A DNA stretch of 64,000 bases from Guillardia theta CCMP2712 (Eukaryota; Protista; Cryptophyta), in the NCBI RefSeq assembly GCF_000315625.1, contig NW_005434661.1:830345-894344 (forward strand), read 5' to 3'. Each line of letters opens with the position of its first letter. Position 1 is the first letter of the stretch. The notes under the pieces are model-generated. The model saw only the letters and a list, made by a program, of their open reading frames with translations. It was not told where the DNA came from and searched no databases. Below are positions 52,564-64,000 of this stretch, in pieces. A program made the position numbers and the translations under genes.

Positions 52564-55248
52564 ATGGCGGGTGGGTTATCGACATCGGGACGTCCAGGAG
52601 CAGAAATAGCCAAGGCATGGTTTACCTTCCTCGTCGTTTCGCTGGCAGCAAAGCTCGTGGGCCCTTACTTTCCTCGCATTGGTTTTCCTCTCATTACAGC
52701 ATACCTCGTGACAGGTATGATCGCAGGCCCATACTTGTTAGAGATTGTGAAGGAGCCGGACGTCAAGGACCTTCACTACATCAATATGGTTGCCCTTGCC
52801 TACATCACAACATCAGCAGGAGCAGAACTTCACATTCAGGAGCTGAAGCCATTGATCAAGGCTTTGCTCGTACAAACGATAGCAATTTCTATCATCACGT
52901 TCGCGATTGAAACCGTCTTGGTTGGACTTCTTTCCAGCACGTCTCTTCTTGCATGGATCAATCCTTACCCCTCTGAGTGCAGATGGGCTGTGGCTACCAT
53001 CTTGGCATCAATCTGCATTGCAAGGAGTCCGGCAACAGCAATTGCCATCATCAAAGAGATGCGTTGTAAGGGCAGATTGACCTCTACCATGTTAGGCATC
53101 ACGGTACTGTCAGACGTTTTCGTTTTGATCAGTGTTTCTATCACCACGTCATTGGGAACTTCCTCGTGCAAGGGAATGCCATTTCAAGGTGCTTCTTTGG
53201 GTATAGTGATAGCGATGATCGTGGTTTCGATATTGATCGGGATTATCATTGGCTACTTGTTTATGGGCTTGATGATGTTCAGCAGATTTGAGATGAACGC
53301 TCTGATCTTTCCTCTGGGCTTTTTGGTCTTTCTTGGAAGCAGCATCTTCACAACTGAAATCTCAGAGCTCGTGCCGGAAGAGAAGAAGATGCATCTTGAA
53401 CCTCTCTTGATGTGCATCGTCGGAGGTTTCATTTGCGTCAACTTCAGCTCCTTTCATCATCGTTTCTGCCACGCTCTTCAAGTAGCTGCACCTTACATCT
53501 TTGTACCTTTCTTCACCCTCGTCGGTGCCAGTCTGGACCTCAAGACGTTTGTAGCGTCCATCGGCTTTGCGCTGGTTGTCTCGATTGTACGAGCGATGTG
53601 TATCTTCGCAGCGACGTCTTCTTCTGGCTGGCTTGTGGGACAATCCAAGGCCATAAATCTCACCATATGGATGACGCTGATATCGCAAGCTGGGTTTGAA
53701 CTTGGAATCGCCTCTGAGATCGCAGAGAAGTTCGAAGGTTGGGGCAGAAAGTTTCAAGCGGTGATTATTTCCGTGGTCGTTATCAATCAGTTGGCCGGAG
53801 CTGTGCTCTGTAAGCTTGCATTTCGATGGTCTGGAGAAGCAGGGAAAGCAACCGGAAATGAGGCCCACGAGGAGGCTGAAGCTGATCCGCATGCCGTGCA
53901 CACAGCAGATAAATACAAGGCTCTGATTCTCGGATGCACTCCTTCGTCTAAGGCTCTTTCAATGAATCTGCTGCGCAAGAGCTGGGGCGTTGTTATGTTG
54001 GCTTCTAGTGAAGACGAAGTTGAAGAAGTCAACAAAGGGATCTGCGAATGGGCGGTAAGAGGCTCTTGAATTTGATCTTCATGTTAGCTTTTTCTGATCA
54101 TTAGTGCAGGAAGAAACAAGAAAAGATGAAATCAACCACGCCCTCCGCAGTGGTTTTGATCCTCCTGTCTTCCCAGCTGTTCCCATGGAACAATCCTTCA
54201 GAGCTCTACCAGTCAAAATGAGCAGCTCCGTCACCTCATCAAGTAGCAACCCGCTGGACGATTTCGTCAATTTCGCCCTGACTGTGGAAGCATCGATCGC
54301 AACAGTCAACGCGGACGCATTCAAACCAAGAGACGGCGACTCCTCCAAGCACGAACAGCTGAATGCTGATACTGTCGCCACGCTGAGCCCCAAGGGAGAC
54401 GCTATCATCAACTTGCAGTCCCATCTCACTCATGGGGTGCAAGTGCAACATGAAACATTGTCGTCGATCGACGAGAAGTCGCGAAGGAGTAGCTCAGACT
54501 ACCTCGAGAAGTGCAAGGAGCTGTTTGCTGTCATGGACGACATGGATGGTCTTCGGGTCATCGTCTTGGCCCTCCCGACGACATGCAGGCGCTTGCGCTC
54601 TTGGAGTCCATCCAGGAGCATCTCTCCTCTCGTCCTCTTGTCCATAGAATACGCTACATCGTCCTCATGAAGGATGTCAGATGGGCCGAGGCCTTCACTC
54701 TGTTGGACGCCATTGCTCTGCACGAGTTTGTGAGCTCGACGAGGGTCGCGCTGGTCGCGTCAGTCACGCCGGACGATGCTGCTTTCACTCTGGTCCCTCC
54801 CTGCAGCGATGCTGGGGCTGTCAGCGACGCCTTCTTGGAGTTCTGCGACGGTCCACTGCTGAGCCAGTGTTGTCCCAGCAGCTCAGGGTATGCTTCCTCC
54901 CCTGCCTCTGTTTGTTCCTCTGACCGACTGTCTGACAGAGCGAGCAAGGAATGGGCTCACGGGGAGGATCAGATCGATTCCAAGCTCATGAATATTCTCC
55001 GTGAGCGGATGCAAGTGAGGAAGACCAAGGCGTCAGGGGGTCGAATGCTCCGAGCTATCGAGGATTTCATCACGAGGAACTTGCCTGTATCAGCGGCAAC
55101 TCCCCTGCTGATGCCCATCAATGCTGTCAGATCGCTGGCGTCCACGCCCCCTGTTACTCCAGGTCTGAGGCCAAGGGCTATTCAAGTCAGCGCCCTGTCT
55201 CCCCTTCAGGAGTTGGACGTCCCCACCGGAGCGGAAGAAAAAGTCTGA
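52564..55248 (+). CDS. Cation/H+ antiporter (CPA2-like) with C-terminal TrkA-N/RCK-like region; apparent 1-nt frameshift near 54575
   Basis: About 12 hydrophobic segments, PLITAYLVTGMIAGP, ARSPATAIAIIKE, TVLSDV, FVPFFTLVGASLDL, SQAG, then KALILG; VIVLALP and DDMQALALL lie in different frames. Confidence 0.85.
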
Positions 55249-57421
55249 TGAAGATTGTAACTAGCTGGACTGTTGATGTGTCGTGTTGAGAGATGAAGGA
55301 GAGAGAGCTTCATCTGCACATGTCGGTTTGAACGAGTCTCAGAGGACTTTGACGCTATGTTAACGGCAGGGCCTTGAGCCTTTGTCCGTCAGTTGACATA
55401 ATTAGATGTTACAGTAGATCTAATGAAATCAAGGCAATGATCCCAGTGATGCAGACCGTCAGTGCTGCTTCTGCCTATGTGAAAATGATGAGTATGCTCG
55501 ATTCTTTAACTCATATCTGAGCCCCTGCCAAGATCCCCACTCGACATCTTATTAGAGCAAACAGTGTATGGGACGGTAAGGCTAGACATCTCTACCATGC
55601 TCCTCTTGACAAAACTCAACCGAGCTGTGTGTCTAGGTAGCAACGAAACGATGAGCAGATGCAACAGAGCAAATACTCGTTTGTTCTAGGCGGATTGCAG
55701 GTTCACTGCATCATCAAACAAACAACAACATTCTTTGCAAGCACGAGCAACAACCTAATCCTCAAGGTATTCATTCTTTGCTTAGCGAAGGTAGTCTTGT
55801 GAGGTAGCAGCAATGACATGCGACATATGACCTCATCGTAAATGCTCTGTAGCCTGGAATATATCGTCTGCAAGAGCGCTCATGTTCGCTGTCATGTTAT
55901 CTGTGTGCGAATTGATGCCGAAATTTCATGCATATTCACGTCAGAAATTTTTACATGAGATATCTTGTGATGAAAGGTAAAGACCTTGAACATTCTATTA
56001 TGTTTCATCGTTGCCACACAACTTTCAGGATCGGAGAATGATTTATTCGAACCAATTCGACATAGTCATTCAGACATATATGCTTGAGCCCGCTGGAAAT
56101 GTCTGTTCAACAATCAAGGTATTCACGAAGATTCCTTGTCACCTTGTATATAACCTCCACCCATCAAGACCATCAAGCATCGCAGGCAGCTGATGGTATC
56201 CAACGCCTCAGTTCCCTTCGATTCATCTTGATCACTTACCCAACTAGCTTTCGTAAAAATCAATATCCGTGTGAAGGAATTGTCATGGTCAATCAATTCT
56301 GTATCTCAGGAATGAGAAAGTTTGATAACAGCTCATGTCTGATGACACTGTTATTGCTCGGGGATCGCCGCTTGATCATCGGTCGGAGAATGAGTCAGTC
56401 AGCGACCTCATTTCCACCTCGTCTGATGCATCATCATTCCAACTGAACCAGAAGAAGCAACAAGGCTGGTGTAGCAACATGATCACTCCTCCTCAATCAT
56501 GCCGAAGAAGAGAAATTCTTGTGCGTGTACGCCAGACGATCAAACCTTTGCTTGCTCAACGATAATCCCGTGCTTGCATATGCTGCTGCTCCAGCATGCC
56601 TTGCATCGCGATCTCATGTTTGTTCTCTTTCTCTGTCCTATCGTCTCTTGAGGTTGTCGTTCTTGTGCTCACACTGTCTCCCCTTCTTCCGAGTCCTCCA
56701 TCTCACTTCTTTCGTCTGACATCACCATTCGGCTCTCCTGTTATAGTCCTCCATGAAGTTCGTCCGGCATCGGTCAAGGTTCTGTCCCGTTTCGTCATTT
56801 TCAACTTGCACCAAAAAGTTTCAAAAATTGAATTTTAATCGGAGAAATGTATGAAGATTTCAAATTTTCAATTGGAGGAAAATTGAACAAAATAACGGTC
56901 TGTAACGGTCATGGAAGCTACCATGCAGGTAAACAACAAGCTTGTGGTAAAAGCGAAGTGAGAACAAGTTTTTGGAGACTGAGAAAACAACAAAACTACA
57001 CATGTAGGCAGAAGAGTGAGATGATGATTCCAAGATACGTTGCGAGGATGAGTTGCAAAGAGACAAGGTGAGAACAAGGAGAAAGGGGAAAGGTATCTGA
57101 AGTCAAAACGGAAACGAAGGTTGAGATTTCTTAGCATGAATAGTGAGCGCAAGTAAGGGCATTTAGGGTTTCAATCTCGTAGCTGTTGTCTTCACGCCTA
57201 TGAAGGGGTCTGTATGTAGTGTGCCTTCTGTTACAATGCAGTTTGCTTCATCAAATATTACTTTTTGTTCGATTCACTGTAATTCTTTCCCGGAAGAAAA
57301 TGAAGGATACCTTTGCAGATGCTGAAGCCAATACACAAGAGATAGTGGCTTCTTTGCTCTCATGAAAGCTTTGCCTCAGTGGGGTCTTAGCGACTTTGGC
57401 ATCAGCTAGTCTAAAAGAAAT

Positions 57422-59808
57422 ATGATGGCAGTAAGCCACCGAGACATCCTGAAGCGAACAGAACAGCTGGCAAGGTCTTCTCGACTGGCCATACACAGGT
57501 TGACACGGAGCGTTGATGCTCTTGAGCAAGATGTGTTGCCAGTGCATGAGCAGACCAGAACCTTGTATGAGTTACACCAGAACGCAGGGACGGCGATCGA
57601 GCGACTGGAAGACATGTGTGATAAGCTCAAGTCAGTGATTAAGATAGGAGAGGTGCTGGGCAAAGCAAACAAGGATTGGGAGAAGTTCTACTCGTATCTG
57701 GAAGAACTCAATGCTTGCAGGGCCTTCCTCAAGAGCAGTCCTGCGCTTTCCAGAAGTAATGGCATTGTTCAAGTCACAGAACAAACTTTGAATATGGCGG
57801 TTGAATCTATCGTGAGTGAAGTAAGTCGTCTAGTTGACAACGTGCCCATCGATGTTGGACAAGATTTTCGTCAAAGAGATAAATCAGAGAAAGCAGACCA
57901 GTCACAACTTTTGCAAACTGTACGGGAGCTGAGGAAGCTTCGAATGGCTCTGATCAAGATAGGACAGGATAGAATGCCCCAAGTGCTTCTGCGTCTGCGA
58001 ATAGAAACGTCCCTTGCCTTCTACAAGCGACTCGAAAGGCAAGAGAAAGCTATGAATGATCGTGAACTCGCCAACTACTCCCATCGTGATCCTTCTTCTG
58101 TAATCTCAAAGCTTCCTGATACTCTCATCACCTTACTCAATTTCGAGAAGAAGATCTTTGGACATGTGCTTTCCAAAGATTTGGAATCTGAAAGCCAAAC
58201 AGAGACAGAGAGCTTGGAAAAAGATGCTGAGGTTGACTACGAGATGGTCAAAATCTTCGACAGCTTCTGTTGCAAACTGATTCCAGAATTTTGTCGAGTG
58301 ATGAAGGACAATCTCAAATCGAAATCCAAGGACCTTATGTCGCCTGACGTGTCTGCACAACATGCATGCAGCTGGACAATCTCTTGCATGGACTTGTACG
58401 ATCGGTATGCTGAAGTCAGATCGGAGCTCATCAAGCTCTTTCGATACCTTCCAAGCGAAACCACTCTAGTAGGCGACATCGACGGACTTGTACCTGACAT
58501 CTGCAGCGCATGCAGCGTCACCCTTGCTCAGCTGCCTGCCATAGTGCAGAGTCACGACGTGATGCGATTGGAGCAGCGGGCGGCGACAGACAAGTCGAAG
58601 CATCGGACGAAGGTGTTGGACTGCTCCGTATCTGAGATCACCAGGCTGCTTGGAGGGGAAATGAAGCAGTTTGTTATCCTCGAGGAGAAGTACAAGTCCA
58701 TCTACCCGTCCATCAAAGAGTGTGACAAGAAGATGCACTTGCCTAACCTGCTGAGTGAATGGCTTGTCAACCTGTGTGATGCCTGGGAGGTTGGTACATA
58801 CCAAGGATTACATGAAATTAATTGGATGTTTTGTGCAGACAAACTTACAAGCAAAGGCGAAGTATCTGAACGACTCCAAGGCAGCTCTGGTTGTCCGAGG
58901 ACTTGAGTTTATCTTCTAATTGATGTTTCCTTCGTTTTGCATCAGATATTTTCGTTGAACAATCACTATCACTTTATCAAAAGGCTACAAAAGGAACCAG
59001 AGGTGACTTGCCCTTTCTTGGACTTTCACTTTCGTGCCGATAGTTGCGTGTCGTTTGAATGTTTGCTTGGGACAGGTCAAGAAATCACTTGCTGGATTCC
59101 TGCTGGTCCGACACTAACACTCGACCTTCCGTTGCATTCGTTGAAGTTCTTCCAGGCACTGCAGAAAAAAATTGACCTTGAGAGCAAAGAACTGGTGAGC
59201 CCACTTTGCTTGTTCAAGTCTTCAGCTGAGCCTCATGGCGTGTTGGTCTATCTGCAGGTCCAGGACTCGTGGCTAGGAGCTCTCTCTGCTCTGTCTGCTG
59301 TCCATCTCCCCTCAAGCCACTTGAAGCTGGTGACTTCATGAAACTCTTCCACTGCCCTGCGGTGACATCGAGGCAGGACATGCGACTGAAAAGGAGTGAG
59401 AGGCACAGCGTGAAGGACGCGCTGACATTGTTCAACGCGGAGGTGAGGGTGAGATGCAACAGCAGCTGTTGAGCGAGCTTGTCAGGTTGAGATGATCCTG
59501 CACAACGAGATGTGGTATGTCGAAGACGAGGGCTTCCGACAGATGCTGGCTAAGGGTAAGAGGATGAATATCACGAGGCTGTGCGTGATGTGAGAGTTCA
59601 GGTGCAGCAGACTTTGTTCTGCCTTATTATGTAGATTTCGTCACCAAATTCTGTAATTCTTCGTTCTCGACACACAAAGACAAGTACATCAAAGCGAAAA
59701 TTGAACTTTGCTAACAGACTTTTCAGGTACATCGCATATACTGATCAAAGTTTGCGATCAGCCATCGAGGCACTTTACTTGCGTGGTAGAGGGAAAGAAT
59801 TACGATAG
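57422..59808 (+). CDS. EXO70: Exocyst subunit Exo70-like, multi-exon
   Basis: N-terminal coiled coil; IFSLNNHYHF, ERHSVKDALTLFNAE, WYVEDEGFRQML, VLPYY..F, KDKYIAYT..LRSAIEALY. Confidence 0.85.
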
Positions 59809-59895
59809 GTTTCCTTATTTGTCCAAAGTTTAGATCTTAACTTTAACCAGAGAAGAGAGTAGCAAAATGACAAAGACCGTCACTCTCCGATCCGT

Positions 59896-60772
59896 TCAAT
59901 CATCTTCTTCTCTATGTTTCTGGGCCAAATATTAGAGACAAGACGAACAGCAAATATTAGAGACAAGACGAACACAAATATTAGAGGCAAGACACTGGCA
60001 TAACAATCAGGGTCGCACCTTCTTCTTCTTCTTCTTCTTCTCTGCTGAATGATCGTAGTCCTCGTGGTCGTACTCCGTCTCCTCGTGCTGCAAGCATGTC
60101 AATGCGGGCCAACAAGTCAAGACAAGCAGACTCATGTGATTACGTGGTGCTTCTTCTTCTTCTTCTTGGTAGATTCCTGCTCCGCCTCTTCATGGCTGTC
60201 GTGCTTGTGTTTCTTGGAAGACTTGTCTGCCGGGGCAGCGCTCTCTTTCACCTTCTTTGGTGTCACTTCAGCCTTCGGCTCCTGCTTCACCTTCACTTCT
60301 GCTATTGCCCGTCAGGCGACGCTCAAAGTATGTCAGCATGGCTTACCGCCAGCAGGATTACGTTCCTTTGCCTTTGCGTCGAACGTGGCTTTCTGTGCGG
60401 GGCTGAGGCCCTTCCATCGCCCCGCCAGCTGCTTCATGATCTCAGTTTGAGACTCTGAAGTCCCCGCGCTTCTGATCTTTTCTCCTTCTTCCTTGATGAA
60501 GATGTTGTAAGCAGATGGCGGCCTCGACTTCTTGTCGCCCTTGACCTGCACTAGAGTCAAGAACGCACATAGCCAAACTCAGCATGCCTTCCGTTTATCT
60601 TCCTTCAGTTCATGTCTGATCTCTTTTTGGAAAGTCACCAACGCCTTAGCACAATCCATTAATTAAAAAGGGATCGTGGGATACAAGACAGTACTACCTT
60701 CCCAAAGGTAGAGTAGGCTTCACCTAGCCCTTGCAGAGCATCGGTTAGCTTAGCGAATGCTGCGTCCGACAT
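59896..60772 (-). CDS. HMG-box protein with Lys/Glu-rich tail, multi-exon
   Basis: SRPPSAYNIFIKEEGEKIR..QTEIMKQLAGRWKGLSPAQKATFDAKAK. Confidence 0.88.
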
Positions 60773-61709
60773 GGCCAACTGTGCAACGACATCAGTACAT
60801 GTGGTTATCCCACATTTGCAAAGAACATTGTCATAAGCACTCTCTCACGTCTATCAGAAAGAAACTCTGATACTATCTTATCACGCTATGCATTTTCGAA
60901 AAAGCTCAACATTTTCTTACACCGGCATTCTGGTTTGATGGTGTTGCCCATTGATATCAACTTTGAAACAACTCTCTTAACAGATTGAACATGCCACCAT
61001 CTCCACCGATTCTGATGTTGCTTGTGATAACCACTTAAGATATCAATCGTTTCCAACACTATCTCAAACTGATGTCTCACTCTATCTCATAGCTCGTTTC
61101 TCTTCCCCACAACTTCCTGGTTCCTTCATGTTCGGCCTGCTCTCCTCATGCCTTCACCTTTCCTTGCTCTCTGGTTTCTCGCATTACTATCTTGTCTTTC
61201 TGTCATCTGGACATCTCCCTTCCTCTCCTGTCTCCTGCCCTCTCTTCTGCTCATCCCACGCTCAGGCGCTTCCCAGCTCCAGCGCCATGCATAGGGATCC
61301 GCCCGCCGACATAAATGGGGTAGGGGTGGGCAAAGGAGATCAATGTGTCCGAAAATGGGGGTACGTGTCGTCCATGGGGTCCTGTACAACCAGTAATGGT
61401 GGGTACTTTTGAAGGTTCAAGCACCGGTCATGTCAGAGATGATCAAGAGGTGCCCTGGGAACTCCAAAGCGGAGGGTATAGAGAGTGTAGGTCAAACAAA
61501 GGGGTGCTAAATCCTTGAATAGTTGGTGGGGGTACCTGCCGTTATTTTTTGATTCTCGAACAACTCCACCGAGCTCGCCCTGCGTGTATCATAGTATTGC
61601 CGGGCCCGGGCATGATGATCTCCGATACAGCATGTTGCCAACACTTTCATCATACTATGATACTGAAGAACCATACTTTAGAAAGCTGTTTGAACTACCG
61701 CGCGTTCAG

Positions 61710-62102
61710 CCTGGAATACCAGGCTTGCCTGGAATCTGGCCTGGAATACCCGGCGCTGTGCCTGGAATACCCGGCGCTGTACAATTACTGGATGGAGTGA
61801 CGCATCCAGGGAGTGGTTTCTGCAGCAGATAGGAGCGCCGGGGCTGACATGTCGAGCGGATGGCTTCTGCGATAGCGTCGGGGGTGCATCCCTCCACAGC
61901 CTTGCAAGCCTGAGCTGTCCTACTGTTAGGAAAGCGCTTCGTGAAGCTCTTCACCCTCTCGACCAAATCGGCTTGGGGGACCGAGGCATGTTGCGAACAC
62001 TTTCATCATAGCTTCCTTCGCGCCCTGGCGGCTTCCCCTACACCGCGCGTGCAGCCATGATGCCTGGAATACCCGGCGCTTTTTGTCCTAAACCCTAAAC
62101 CC
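61710..62102. repeat. Cluster of cctggaatacccggcgct repeats ending in two telomere-like TAAACCC units
   Basis: Copies at about 61710, 61728, 61740, 61761 and 62063; ctaaaccctaaaccc at 62088-62102. Confidence 0.8.
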
Positions 62103-62118
62103 ATCATCTTCCCTCATC

Positions 62119-64000
62119 TTAGGAGTCCAGCCGCAGTCGGTCCTTCTTGTCCACCTTCAGCGAGCAGGCCAGCACATGCATCTCTGCGGAATTGCTCAGT
62201 GCTATGAACAGGAAGCTAAGAGGTCGACGCTCTGTGTCGTCGCTCTCCGCCTCCTGCTCAAGCTCAGCAGCTGCCGTTGCCCGTGGCGAGAACGCGCTGC
62301 CCCTCCTGGCTTTCTTGCTCTCACGCTCTGGGGTCTTCGCCCACTCTCTCAGCGACATGAACTCCAGGCTCAGTCCCCGGAGAGTAGAAGGTGTCGTGGA
62401 GGTGTGCACCGCATCCCTTCTTGCTGGCTGGTTTCTCGCTCGTCCAGTCTGCATTCCCACTATACTGTGACTACGCTTATTCCTGGGCAAACATCGATTC
62501 TATGGATACCAACGAGAACACACAGAACACCTCACCGTACAGTGTTTGGTACCTACGTCGGTGTGTTGTTAGATGTCGTGTTGGATGTTTTGATTGTGGC
62601 GGGAGGGGGTGGGGGGTTTGATGGCTGCCTCCAGTCACTGGGCGTGCTCTGCATACCACATCATCAGCTGGATGCATTTCATCATCTTCTGCCTGCTCGC
62701 TCTTTTCCTGATCCTCCTTCCATGTCTCATCGAGTCTCTTAAGAGACCAATCCACGACATTCTGAACACATCTGGAACAAGATCGATTTGTCCTGATTCA
62801 ATAATTGACTGGATTGACGGGATGTTGGGTTGCTGTGAAAAGATCGTATTGAAGCCATACACCCTTGGGCCCATAGTGCCACCGCTTATTGCTGTTAACT
62901 CCTATCCCGTGCTCACGCCAGTGGTATCCTCCCCAGGAGTGGTCGCTTTGCAGCCTCCTGTCCTTCATCAGACTCAGATACCTGTCTCCCCGTTTTGAAC
63001 AACACTGGTATCCTTTACTATCCTGCAGCCACGATATGTTGCTCACAACGTCTGTCGTGATCATGGGGATTTACACTAGCCCACGCTTGTTTCAAGATCG
63101 CATCAAAGAGAGCTTGTTTTAGAGTGAGCTCGAGTTTGGATGGTAAAAACAAAAAAGACAAGCGGATGGAATGTTTTCTTGTTCGATTGCCTGTTCAAAA
63201 ACTGGCAATGGAGTCCCACTTGCGTCACAAGTACCGATGGTAGGATGAGATAGCTGCGTCATTGCAGCATGCAGCTCAGGAATTTTCCCTCGTAGCTGAG
63301 TCATTTTGAACCTTCACCCTGAGGCCTTGATGATAGAGTCACGCATCTGTGTGCAAAATGTTTGGCCTACGTCAGCCTGCCACTTGCCCTGTGATGAACA
63401 AGACGAGGAGCACAATATAGAGCCAGAGATCATCGACCGCTGGGAGCTGCGTGTCCTAGTAGAAATTGATTTGATCCAGGCCATACACGCACATCCCATC
63501 ATACCTTGCGCCTAATATGCGTGATCGAGGTAGAGAAATCGTGTACGCGATCTTCTTGTTCCTCGTAGTGAACGAGCAAGTCACAACCAGGCGATGGCAA
63601 AGATGGAATTGGCTGCAAGGCATAACATGCGCCTACAACAACGCCTGATGCGCACGGGTGCGTCCGCATTAATCGTGCTCACTTGTTTTGTTCGGATTTA
63701 CAAACACGCCTTCCTTCAGTCGTGATGCTACACTTGCAGTATCCCGACGAAGAAGAAGCCGCAATCATCGTGGCAACTCATCAGTTACCAGATCAATCGA
63801 TCATCCAATGCACAACACGGTCAAGTTTACTAATCTTGCGCTGCACTCACCTCCTCATTCATACCCACAGCCAAACTCGCTCCTCTAATCCAATGAAGAA
63901 CTGAACAAGCAGCGTTGTTGTATCAAGCTATTTTCAGTTGATTGATAGCTGGGGGGCAAATACGAACGCGTCTGAGAAGCGAACATCGCGCAGAACAAAT
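62119..64000 (-). pseudogene. Degenerate, intron-poor coding-like sequence, possibly TE-derived; family not recognised
   Basis: Long stretches of protein-like frame broken by scattered stops, adjacent to the repeat cluster. Confidence 0.25.

Noticed and set aside
55300-57300. Possible additional spliced gene(s) between the antiporter and Exo70
   Set aside because: Only short frames with no recognisable motif; a model cannot be supported from sequence alone.

Overview
Gene-dense eukaryotic nuclear DNA. It has many short GT-AG introns, pyrimidine-rich and microsatellite introns, GC-rich CCG/CGG islands ahead of gene starts, and two 100-N assembly gaps. The style fits a cryptophyte-like alga such as Guillardia (inference only). 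Most of the window is housekeeping genes: RSRC2/SMAP-like RS protein, casein kinase 1, inositol-type sugar porter, RibB, HEAT-repeat protein, Mot1/BTAF1, Sfp-type PPTase, PH-domain protein, alpha2delta-like VWA-Cache protein, Rab5/22-family GTPase, HXXXD acyltransferase, TPR protein, AspRS, cation/H+ antiporter, Exo70 and an HMG-box protein. The most unusual part is an intron-free accessory island at about 13.8-20.4 kb. It holds an SF2 helicase-like gene whose motifs resemble prokaryotic/viral Z1-domain ATPases, with a C-terminal winged helix and a frameshift at a G8 run. It also holds an inverted degenerate fragment of that gene, a 19-copy 52-bp tandem array, two small orphan ORFs with TATA-like upstream sequence, and a pseudogenised paralog of one of them. 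Also notable are a 725-bp Mutator-like element (25-bp TIRs, perfect 10-bp TSD) carrying a gene fragment, a coiled-coil protein with a HEPN-like motif, a LysM-like module inside the HEAT protein, and a WHEP domain on AspRS. Exon boundaries and most gene ends were read by eye and are approximate.
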